Below are positions 12,201-24,200 of a DNA stretch of 62,491 bases, one piece after another. The stretch covers positions 1 to 62,491 of the forward strand of contig JAUSEK010000026.1 in NCBI GenBank assembly GCA_030650275.1. Reading direction: 5' to 3'. Position numbers and translations under genes: made by a program. The notes below the pieces were generated by a model that was not told the origin of the DNA, made no database searches, and was given only the letters and a program-made list of their open reading frames with translations. The stretch is from Candidatus Omnitrophota bacterium (lineage in GTDB: Bacteria > Omnitrophota > Gorgyraeia > Zapsychrales > Fredricksoniimonadaceae). Every line of letters starts with the position of its first letter. Position 1 is the first letter of the stretch.

Positions 12201-15200
12201 TAGTCACGGGCCGCGGCAAAAAAGGTCCGAGGGGTCTTTCGTCCAAAAAAGTAAAACTCAAAGCCGTCGCAACGAAGCAACGATATTATCTGATGCGATT
12301 TATCCTGACAACGGTGGACAAGGGTGCCCTTGACCGGCTGATCACGCATTTCTCAGCCGTCCAAAAAAGACACGTGTCCGACGTTGGGACGGCCATTAGG
12401 CAGATCGTGGAGAAGACAAGAAGCCAATGGAAACCGGACGTCCCCGTCCCCCCAGAGTGGGGTGATATTGGGCGCAAATTTTTTGATTGGGCAAAGGACC
12501 AGGAATTCGTGACTGTCCGCACACAACAGATCCGAGAGCGAGCGCAGGAGCTGCTTTCGGGACGTATGCGTGAGTTGTTTGAGGTCCGTGCGGGCCTGGT
12601 TTCGTGGCGCAATTTGGGTAAAATGAACTATGACCCGAATTTTTTGACCAGAGCACTGGAGATCATCCGCACCAACCTACCGCTCTTGGATGACGGCCTC
12701 ATTCCGTCTCCGGGAATGGCCCATGACGACTTGCGCGGAACCAAAGCTATGATCATGGTGACCGGCCGGCGGGTCAGTTGGGAGGGTTCGTTGATCACGG
12801 CGGGAATTTTCGGGCTGATCGGTTTGGCGGCAATTGGGGGAAGTTTATCGATGCAAGGGATCGGGCTGGTCGCCATATCAGCGGCGGGCGTATATGTTAT
12901 TCAAGGGTTGGTCATTATGTTCCTGCCGTTGGCAGTGTCAAGGGCTGGCTCATTATGGGCAAGGACCAGATGGGGCGTCCCCGGTCCGCCTGATTATCCG
13001 CTCATCAAGCCACTGCGCGATATGAGATATAACTACTACACGCCCTTCCTTGAAGTAACAGACAGACATCAAATCATCAATGCCCGTCTCCAGGCCGGAT
13101 TCTTATTCTTACCCCCGTTGCTCCAATGGATCTTTTACCTGCCGATCGGGTTGCTGCGTGCTGTTCATGAACGTCCGGCCCATTGCACGCCGCTGGCACG
13201 CCTGCACGAAGCCCACAATGAACTCATCGCTTATCCGTTGGAAATACTGTTCGTCTTTACGGGCGCCATCGGCTATGCCTTTGCCGCGACGCCGGAGGCC
13301 CTGCTGGCGGGAATATTGATTGGGCTGTCGATACAAATCATTTTGAGTTGGTGGGGGCATGGCCGGGAACAGGCCTTCCGTGAGGCAGTGCCGGACATCA
13401 TCTTGAAAGCAGACAGACCCGGGCTTATTTCCCGCCGCGTTGTCTTGCGGACCTTGGTCGCGGGCATAGCAGGGACGGCTGTGATCTGGAAGATGGGAGA
13501 TCTGCAGGATCCATTAGAAGAACAAACGGCCAAGCAGAGGGGCTATGAAGATTGGTTTGCGGACAGGGACGAGTGGCTGGCCGAGGGGGACATGGTCAAC
13601 GCCGCGTTGGCCAACCGGCGCGGTGAATTGCTTCGGGCGGCACAGATGGTGCCTGTGATGGCCCAAATGTCTCCGCGGGTTTTTTATACGTGGATAGCGA
13701 GTGTCGAGTCACTGGAGTTTTTCCGGGGACGAGCAGAACCAGACGGCAAAATAGCGCGCGGCGAGCTTCAGGCGTGGATTGAGGGATACAGGAACTTAAG
13801 CCGGCAGCCCAACACGCCAGCGCCTGATATGAAAACCGTCGAGGAGGTCCAGCAACAACTCCGCTTGCTTGCCGCACAGGTTGCCATAAATCCGCGCGAC
13901 CGCCGCAACCCCATTCCTGACCGCCGGCCGGAAGCAAGGTCTGTGCTGGACAGGAGGACCATGTTTGCCGTTATGTTAGGTTTGCCCAAACTGCCGCCGG
14001 CGCCCGCCCGCTTGATCCTGGATGTGGGGGCTGGTGATGGCCGCACCACACAAGCCTTGGCACTAAGCAACCCGAATGCGCGGATCATCATGATAGACCC
14101 CAGCACCAACTCGTTTGAGGCCGCCAAACAGCGTTTGAAAAGTTTCCCGAATGTCGAATTCGTCGGCAGGCATGTTGAACAATGGGACTCATCAGGCCTT
14201 GCAGGTTCGGCAGACCACATTTATTTTCTCTTTCCATTTTTTCTGTACAGGCCATATAAGCATCCTATTTCAGCAGATACCGCCCGGCGTATCGCTGAAA
14301 AAATTTTTGGATTGTTAATGCCTGGATCAGGCGAGTTTGTTATGGTGACGGAATTTCCGGAAATCATAAGTGTGTTCATAAAAGCGTTCAGAGCCGCCCA
14401 ACTGCAAGTTGACAGCGAGAAAGTTCCGACGGGGGACTTGGTGCAACATGTTCCTGTTGCGATACATTCCGACATTTATGCCTACATCTCCAAAGCGACG
14501 GAGGCACGTTTCAAGACCGTGTTGATCATCCACGCTCGCAAACCGGTCGAGGGCATATCCTCGCCCGCCAAACGTGGCCTTTCGAAACTCACCGTCTTTC
14601 TGCTGGCCGCCGGCGCAGGGTTGACGCAGCTGTTTGTTGCCGCGCCGTGGATAGGGCGCGTTCATGCCGTTGGGTTTGCAATGGTCCTGCTGGGTTTTGG
14701 CGTGGCGATGCTGGGCGGCAATCTCGCTAAACTTACGCGGGTGCTGAAAAGATGGCGCGAGGTTTCACGTTTTACCGCGCAGGAACGACAGGACTTTACC
14801 TTTTTCACAAGAGAAACCATTGATACTTTAGCGGCAGGTCGGCCCCAGAAAGAGCGCGACCGGTTTTTCAAACGGATCGCGTTGAAGCCGTTAACAAAGA
14901 TCCATATTCTTTTGCGTTATGACAGTCATCTTTGGCGTGACCTATTTTTTGTGGCGATCATATCGGTGTTAGGGGCATTTGAAGGATGGATTTTGGGACG
15001 CGCACTATTACATTTTGGCAATACCGGCGTCGCGATCATAACCTGGTTGGGGGGTATCGTATTTGGTACGTTCGCGCTTGTGAGGTCCCGGTTACCGGCG
15101 AGATCGTCGGCCAACATCATTGCATGCATAATACCGGGTGGGACGACCATTTTTGTGAATCGCCGGCTCACAGCAGGACGGCGTGACCGATTTGTTGCAG

Positions 15201-18200
15201 CGGTGCCTCATGAGACGGCACATCTCCTTCATGAGTACGAGTTAGCGGCCAAGGATACGTCGTCTGTCATTCAAGGTGTTGTAGAATTGCTCTGGGGGGA
15301 GAAGACCGGCCGAGACACAGTTATTGGTGATCCCGGATGGTACGACGAAGGCCGGCGTCTTGCAACGATCCAGGACCCGGCACAAAGGGAGCGTGAGCTC
15401 CTTCAGTTCAGCCGCCGCGAAGCGCACGCAGACGATTGGGCTCAATCGGTGGTCAGCGGCCCGGGCCATCCAGAGCCGGAATCCATGCGTCCCTATGGCG
15501 TGGCGTTGGCATCGTATATTTATGAGACCATTGGGAGGCTTCGGCTTGAAGGGGCGCCTTTCCCCGAGCGGTTCGGCGACATCAATCTTTATCTGCGTGC
15601 TAACCTCAATTTAGAAACACGGGACATTGCCTCGGTGGAGCAAATTGCCGAGGCCATAGCCCGGACTTCAACGCTCTCTCCGGCAACGGTCGATACGGTC
15701 CTTGATAACTTTACGCTTTCTCCGGAAATCCGGCAAGGGGTGGCACAACTCGCGTTGAAGGGGGGGATCGTCTCACATCTGCGGCACTTCGAGGTGCGCC
15801 GTAGCAGATCAGCGCCGCCCGCCGTCGTGAGACGATCTCCCGAAGATCCAGGGCACGAGCGCCACAGGAGTTGGGGGAGACAACCCCGACCAAGATGGCT
15901 GGGTGGCGATGAGGATGTGGAGTCGGATCCGCTGAATGGTGACTGGGCCATCCCGGCTCTCTTGCGCCACCATCCCAAGAAACCGATTGTGCCGTCCGCG
16001 AGCGACGCGAGTCCCGAGCCAAGTCGAAGGGCCGCCGCGCCGTCTGTTTTACCTGCCTCTGATGTACTGGTCGGTCTAAGGACCGCCATGCTGCGACCCG
16101 GCGACCGGGTGCTGCATGTCGGATCCGGACGATCCAGACTGCCATTTCTCGACGCGTCATTAGGGGCCTCCGACGTCTTTGTCACCGATGCGCGGCCGGG
16201 CAGTCTGCAGGTTGTTGCGCACCCCGGCGTCACATTCATCAGCCGGCCGGTGGACGTAACTCGTCTTAACGAGGACTTGCGGCAGGAGCGGTTTGATCAG
16301 ATCACGATGTGGAACGTGTTATCCGAGGCGTATTTCCAAGGAGACCGGGCCCATGCGCTCATGGAACTCATCCGGGCATTGCGTCCACACGGGCGTATCT
16401 GGGTCACAGATGACCATGTCCGTCTAAGCAATGGGGAAGCGCGTTATGTTCACGACTTGCTGCCGGAGGTTGCTGATGCGATGGGTTATCGTATCAAAGT
16501 TCTGGCCGGTCCGAAAGATCTTCCCGGCGCCTACGCGGATGTGCTGGCGTATGAATTATGGCCTGATCATCGCATAGACAAGCTCAAAGGGCTTTCGAAA
16601 ACCAGCGTCTTTCTGCTGGCTGCCGGCGCTGGGTTGACGCAGCTGTTTGTTGCCGCGCCATGGATAGGGCGGGTCCATGACGCCGGGCTTGCGATGGTCC
16701 TGTTGGGTTTTGGCGCTGCGGCGCTGGGGGCCGGTCTGGCCGTGTCTATTAAAGAAAAATTGGCAATGGCCCGGGAACATCTGCCGTGGACCACCGGGGC
16801 AGTGGCCGGGGCGCTGGTCATCATACCTTTTCTGAGATGGAACTTTTCCGATCCCGATAATCTTTTGGTCGGGAATTTGATGGTTTGGGCGCAGGTCCTG
16901 TTGACCGGATTTTTGAGTGGATTTGGGGTGGAGGCGCGTGGGACGTTTGTTAATTTTATGACCATGATCTTTTTGCCTTTCGTAGAGCTGACCTTGGCGC
17001 GGTTGTGGTTAAGGGTGGCGGTCAATAATGTCAGGGCCACGTTCTTCGGCGGCCTTTTCTTTGGCCTGTCCGCTGCATTTTTTGGCTATGCGATCGGACA
17101 TCCGCTTTTGGACCTGGCGCGCATGGCGTTGGGATCTCCGCCCCAGGACAGCATTTCCAATATCATTACATTTTGGATACGAGGCGGCCAGTTCCTTAAG
17201 GTTGCGCCTACGGTGCCGCAATTTTTGGAGGTCGTTGCGGCAGTGTTTGGCGTGTGGTATTTGAGCGAACGGTCAGCCAGGTGGATCGATGGTAAGATTG
17301 AACCCCGTTTAAGACGGCGCGTTGAGCGTAGGCGTCTTGCTGTAGAGAAAGCGGTGAGAATCGCAGACCAGGCCGCGCGTCGCGCCGAGCGCCAGGCGGA
17401 ACGGGCCGTCGAGTCTATCCGAAAGGAAAAACCTAAAAAGAAAATAGTCGCGCCGGCGGTCACCAAAACGGCCGCACCGGCTTCACAGGAGATTATCAAA
17501 CCAGCCAAAGCGGCAGCGCCGACGATCGCAACACCTATTGAAACAGCCGAACCCGCCTCTGTCGAGGAACCATTTGTTCTTTCCGCACTTTCCATCAGCG
17601 ATCTTGAATCACCCGATACTGCGGAACCATTTATTCTTACCTCACTGGACATTATTGAGCCCGAATTTGATTTTGAATTCAATGTTGCGCTAGGATCGGC
17701 CGAAGAACCTTATACCGGTCAATCCAATCTTGATTTTGAAACGCCGATGCCGGAATCGGCACCGGCGCCGTCAGCCGCGGATGAATCTGTAGCGGAAGAC
17801 CTCGACTCCTGGTTGGGGGACGATGAGTTGGGACGTGAGATCGCCGCGCGTTTAGGTCAGATGCCCGTCGAAGAAGTTGAAAGCCTTCTTGATCTGGTTT
17901 GGTCCGATCCCTCTCTTTCATATGCCGAAAAACGGCAAATGCTGGCGGATCTTCTACCGAAAGAGAATATTTTGATAGAACAGACCTTAAGGTTTGATCT
18001 TGGTCGTGATCCCTTGGGCTTAAGTTTGATCGTATGGCTCGAAACCATGACGGTCCCGGAGATCCAACAACGTTTTAAGGATATCCATGGGCGCAAGGCC
18101 CTGATTAAAAAAGTACTTCAGAGATCAATGAATCCCCAGATGGCAGAACTGATCGCGGATGCTGCCAGACGTAGCGGCCAGCGGCCGCTGATTGTTATTG

Positions 18201-21200
18201 AGCGCGTCGCCGACATATTGGGAAAAGGGGCGGCCAAGCGCAGTGTTCAAGCCGTAGTGGAGCAGATACGCTCCCCATCTTCCGACGATGACCTCATTCG
18301 GTTCGCTTCGAAACTCAGCGCCCTCCTGCTGGCCGCCGGCGTGAGCCTGTTCGGCCTCGGCCTCAACATCCCTGTTCACGTCCAGGAATGGTTCCACACC
18401 GCCGGGCTTGCAATGGTCCTGCTGGGTTTTGGCGTGGCGGTGCTGGGCATGGCCGTCGCGCAGTCCCCATCTACGGTGATGCGCATCCGCGGCGAGCTGG
18501 CTAAGCGGCAAGCCCAACATCCGGAGGAACTGATCAACGTGACGGCCATTGCTAAAGTGCTCCATCTTAGTCGTCAGGCAATTTATGACGCCTTCGAACG
18601 TGATCCCGCACTGGAGAAAGAATTCCGGCGTGCCCACCACGCCTCTGCGCAAGCCCAGATACGCCGCCGTCCAACCCGGTCTCGGGTTGGCTCTTCGGAC
18701 GCGCGGTTGCGGGCGTCCAACCGAAACCTGCTGCAGGCGCAACGAGCGCACAGTCGGTCCATGGGCGCACGGCTGCGGCCTGCTGTCGGGAAAATTGTTG
18801 CGGCGTATCAGGAGCGGCTCCTGACCCTGGATTGCCGATTAGACGCCACCACGGCCGCACTCGAGCATGGCCCCCCCGCGCTCGCCGCCATCCAGTCGGA
18901 GGTCGTGGTGGACTGGACGTTCTCTCGCGATCGCCGGCGCGATGATGCCGTGCGGCAATTCCTGGCCTCCAAAGGCGTTGTCACAGGCGGCGATTTGCTC
19001 GCCGTATATGGAAAACTGCGTCGTTACTACGCTGCGGATAGGCGGTTTCGGCTGATCCGGGCGGCCCTGCGGGAACGGATCGGCCCCGCGTTTCTGGATG
19101 ATTGGACGTTTAAATCAAATTTACAGTTCGATGCGAGGATCAAGAAGGTGCTCTTTACCGCCCAACCGCCCATCTTCATCATGCAGCAGTTGCTGGCGTG
19201 TACGGAGGCTGATCTCCAGGATCTGTCTCTGGGTCCCACGATCATCCGGGCGATCCAAGCCGCGCTGCGCCGGCACGGGCGAACGTTGCACCAGAACGCC
19301 GCCGCACCGTCCGGCGGTACGGCCCTGCTTGCCGCGGCAGACAATTCTCAGCGGATAGTGTGCCGCATTGGGATCATCGGAGGCACCGGTTGGGTGGGAT
19401 CACAATTCACCCGGTGGCTGTTGCGAAAAAGCAACAGGACCATTGATGTGCTGGTGCGGCCCGGCAGCCCAAGGATCGCTTCGATCCCTAATTCACCAGC
19501 CGTCCATCTCAGGACAGCGGCTTTGCTGGACCTTGATGAGATGGGATCGTGGGTCAGAGACAATGACGTCCTTTTCGATTTTGCGGCTTGGTCCAATCTT
19601 CCGCCGGAACCGTCCGATCAGGAGAAATGGCAGCTAAACGTCCTTGCGCACGCCTATCGCGTCGCCTTAGCCGGGCGTCACGGCACGCACATCATCTTTC
19701 CTTCCTCATCCACGGTGTACCGTCTGCATGCCGGCGATGCGGATCCACCGCTCAAAGAGGACGATCTCCGGCCGGATCCCGTTGTTGATCAGTTCATTCA
19801 GGTTACCGTCGAGCAATTCAGCGCTTATGCCACGGGGGTTTTGGGTGGTGCGCCGCAGCGTGACGAGGAGTTCATCAAGGACTTTTTGTATGACCATCCG
19901 GTGCCTGCGAATGTCAGCTTTTATCCTTTAAGCAAACTGATCGCAGAGCGGCTGGTCTTGGGCCATGAGCATGCGTTGGTCTTGAGATTCCCCGAGGCCT
20001 ATGGACCGGGGGAAACCGCGCACAAAGCCATCCCCAATATGTTGCGGGCGATCGTGGAAGGCGCAATGCAACTGGGGGTGCGGGACGACCAGAAGCAGTT
20101 TATATTTATTGAAGATGTTTTCAGGGTGTTGGAAGTAACCATGGATGCGCGCGTGGACCCGGCCAGGCGCGTCATGAATGTGCCCGGTCCCCAAGTCCTG
20201 GATACGTTTGCGGATGTGATCCCGGAGATCCGGCGTATCACCGGATCCACGATCCAATTTAACAGGGTCACCGGTTTGCAGAATCCTGCCATGGACGGCT
20301 CGAGACTGCAAGAACAACTGGGTGTAGTGCCAGGTGTTTTGTTGGAGGAGGGTTTAAGCCACACCTATGCCTGGTGGCAGTCTCGATCATCCCATGCCGC
20401 GCCCACCGACGCCGCGCCAGCCGTCAGTAAGATGGGCCTTTCGAAACTCAGCGTCTTGCTGGCAGCTGTGGGCGTGGGCCTGTTCGGCCTGGGCCTCAAC
20501 ATCCCTGTTCACGTCCAGGCATGGTTCCACACCGCCGGGCTTGTAATGATCCTGCTGGGGGCGGGCGTGGCGGTGCTGGGCATGGCCGGTTATAAGGGCA
20601 AGTCGTTCAAACGGTGGAAGAGAGAAAAAGATTTAAGGTATAAACACGGCGGCGCGGCTTTCCGGGCGTTGGTACCGACGGGCATGGCATTGCACTTTAC
20701 GGGGCTGGTCAGCGGGATCCGGCATCTTCGGATGTCGGCGCTGCCGCATATGGGATGGTGGCCGGCGCTGGGAATGACGACTGGGATCCTGCTGGCTTCA
20801 TTAGGATGGTCCATAGCCGCTTCGTGGGTCGTCGAAGCAGACCAGCACAGACAACAGCAGAAGCAATCCAGGCTCAGATTTTTTGGAGGGGTAGAACATT
20901 TACCGTACATGACGCCAATTGCGATAGGCACACTGATGGTAGTTGTCTTTCAGTACATGGCCGTGTCAATTTTAGTAGAACGGGGCGTTTCGGTTGTTTT
21001 GAGTACTGCGGAGGTCATGGGCAGTATTGTTGGTTTGTGGGGTATTTACAAAACTGCGCGGACCAGATCCGTTCTGGCCATGTTCATATTAGCCGGCCTT
21101 TACGCGTGGTGGTTCGGTGTTCCGTTCTCGGGGTTATTGGCGAGGTTGGGATGGGTCGGTATCGTCGCGGTCTTGGCCGGCGCGGCAGTGCCGCCGGACC

Positions 21201-24200
21201 GGAAACTTATTGAAAGCCTGACCGGTCAGGGGAATACGCTTAGGCGCAGCGCCCTCAAGTTCAAGGCAGACCGTCGATTTAAGGATGTCAGGACGGCGTC
21301 GCAACAGGCCGAGGGGATGTTCCTGGAAGCTGTGCGTCTTGGCCAGGATGACCCCAGCACCCTTATGGCCCGTCATGCCCTCGGTCAGCTTTATTATGAC
21401 CGAGGGGCTTATTATCGGGGCATTGAAGTTTTGGAAGAAGCCCTGGACCTGATCGGCCGGTTTCGAGACGCGAATCCACAGGCAAGGCGATTGATGAAAT
21501 TTTTAGCCGGCCAGGAATCTCTTATGCTGGTGACTCTCGCCGGCATGTTGCTGAAAAACTGGCGCCTCCAGGAGGCTTTTAAGATCCTTACTGCCGGTGA
21601 TCCGGCCGTTCTCAAACCGCAGTTCATGGAAAGTCCGGGCGCCCATCGCATCCTTGCGGATGCCTTGATCCAGGCCATGCGTCCTGCCGAGGCCATCAAC
21701 GTCCTGACCACCAACGGCATTCACCTGAAACCTCTGCTGGCGCGGTACCCCGGATTCTCCCAGCGGCTTCTTGATACTGCCCTGTCCCGGATCAGAGACC
21801 AAGGGACGGTCAAGCCCGTTGACGGGGACATTCAATTCTGTCCTCTTGAGATCATAGACATGGCCAGAGCGCTTGCTCAAAAGAATAACCTTAACGTGGG
21901 CGATCTCATCCGGGAAGGGATCAAGGGTCTTCGTGAGGCGGACCGCACATACGATCCTAAAAAAGGAGATTCCTTTAAGACGTTTGCGTTAAAAAGGGTC
22001 CGGGGTGCCATGAAGGATTTCATCCGTCGCGATCGTGCCGCGCGTCAGTATGGCGGCGGATCCGTGCCGGATCGCGCCTCCGGCGGGAAATGGCCCGGAA
22101 AATGGCAGAGGTCCTATGACCGGATCCAGGAGCAGGTGACCCGCTGGACGGGCAATAAGGCATTGGGCTGGTGGGCGGGACAGGCGTTGGCGCCCGGGTT
22201 CACGGAGTCCGTTGTTTTTGTCGGCGGCACAAGCCTGTTATTGAGTTTGGGGGCAAATGCCCTGAAAAGTTGGGCTTTTGGTCTGCCGCTGGCCATGGCC
22301 CCGCCGGTGTTGCTCACCCTTGTCTTTACTCCGTTCCTTCTTTTTGCGTGGCGCCGTTTCCACGGACGGCAGAATCTCTTCGCGGCAGACCTTGCCCTCA
22401 TCAATCATCTTTCGTTATATAGAGCCGGCTTGACCGTTTTTATTTTGGTCCTTGCACATGCGGGCAGCATGCTTGTCATCGGTTCATATCTGACGGCCCT
22501 TTGGATCTCGCATACACCGGTTAATGCCAGGCATAATCCTTTCCGCGGTGACCACGGCCATGATTTACACAATTTTCCGGTTGCACGGTGGCTGCGCGAG
22601 AGGCGGGGGCGCATGACATTGCGGGACAATGAGGGCAGGGTATTTGAGTTTCGTTATTCGGGGCCGTTCCCTGTCTTTTTTGACCACCAGCATTTGCTGA
22701 CCATCTTCCATGACGGCCGCCAGATCGGTTACGCGCATTTTATGGTCAAAGGCGGTCAGGCGCGGATGTCCACTACGTTCGGGGGACGTCCGGCCATCAT
22801 GGTGGATAAAGCCCATCGCCACCGGGGCCTCGGCAGGTCTTTGATCATGTTGTTGTCGCAGTTGGCGGGGGCGTCCGGAGCGAAACGTGTTCTGGCAAAG
22901 GATGTGCTGCCTGAAGAGACGGGTTTTTATGAAGCCCTCGGTTTTCAGAGGGTTCCCAGCGGCCATGCGTGGCGTTTATCATATGAGCTGTTGTCGTTTG
23001 AAACTTTTTCCATGAGTAAAATTTTATCGCCCGTCGCTGCACCGCTTGTGGCGGACAAGAGCGATCCACAGGGAACAACTTTTTTTGCCCCTGTATCGGT
23101 TTTGGCCCTGACTGCGCGGTCCTGGGCGCCACTTTTAGGATTGTCACCGGAGGCCGCGCTTCTTATGCAAGCGATCGGATTGGCGATAGGGCTGGTAGCG
23201 ATGGCGATATGGTTTTATGTCCGGGGAAGATCAGTGCTTGGCCTTGGAGTCATGCCTGTTGCCGTTAATGGCAATGGCACCGATGACCAGAGCAAAGCAA
23301 ATCATAAAAAGATAGGACCATTCAAGACCGATCATAAGACACCCCTTTCATTATTCAAAAGCATTATAGCAGCGGCAAATAGGATTAAAAAGCAAAACCA
23401 TCCCATTATAAATATTTCCCAAAAGATCGTGCGGGCGACCACCTGGCCGAAAACAAGCGTCACGGCCGCCAAATTGCCAAGGTTGAAGAACGCTTTGCTT
23501 AATTCTTTGCGTTGGGTGGGATTGAATCTGATGCTGAACAACATGACAGGCCTCCTGCGGATTATTTTGGGGAGATGGATTGGTACAACAAGCGTGGGGA
23601 ACGCTTGGATGAAACGATTCAATGTAACATCCGGATATGGTTTTGTCAATATTGCGGCCTCGGCCGTTGTGATCACCTTTGGCCTGTTCGCCGCTGCGTC
23701 TGCCCTGACCCCGAGTGCCAGTGTGGTTCATGACATCGGCTGGGGCGGTGTTCTGGCGGCTGGGATCGCTGCGGTGACCATCGCAGCAACGGTCAATGGT
23801 TGGCTAAGGCGGTCACCCGACAGGATGGTCAAGGTCGCGGGACCTCCACAGATCGCCTGGTCGAGACATATGGATATCGGACAGATGCAGCGGACCGTTT
23901 TCCGTGGTCCATCCGGGTCCCTTGAGCGTTTGCTTGGCGAGGTCCTGGCTGTTCACAAGCCGGTCGTTGATGCCGGATCCGGCGAGAGCGGTGCGCTGGA
24001 GGGTGTTTCTCAAGCAAGCGCCGGGGCCGTCGTGTTTCACAACCCGTCCCCTGATGAGCCGACATTGAAGGATTTCGCAAGGGCATTGTACGTGCTTGAG
24101 CCGGGCGGATGGTTCGTTGTTCACCTCAGCGGTGGTTTTTTTGACCAAGAGAAGAGATTGGTCCAGATGTTGTATCAATTCAGCCGCGCGCGGGCGGGTT

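Noticed and set aside
13165-13225. HERPAH/HEAH as a fifth zinc protease motif
   Set aside because: Spacing does not fit HExxH.
15830-16060. Low-complexity Arg/Pro-rich stretch as a frameshifted fossil gene
   Set aside because: The alternative frame gives only a short peptide with no recognisable family; cannot be distinguished from a linker.
18306-18320. TTCGAAACTCAG at cassette starts as a relative of the TTCGAC..GCTCAG REP
   Set aside because: Match is short, lacks closing stems, and is explained by the encoded SKLS peptide.
14576-20586. TM-hairpin repeats or REPs as a CRISPR array
   Set aside because: Repeats are in-frame coding or isolated, spaced by kilobases; no regular repeat-spacer period and no cas genes.
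21848-22033. Independent sigma factor gene
   Set aside because: Only region 2 is recognisable and it is in frame within the giant ORF, with no own start or stop.
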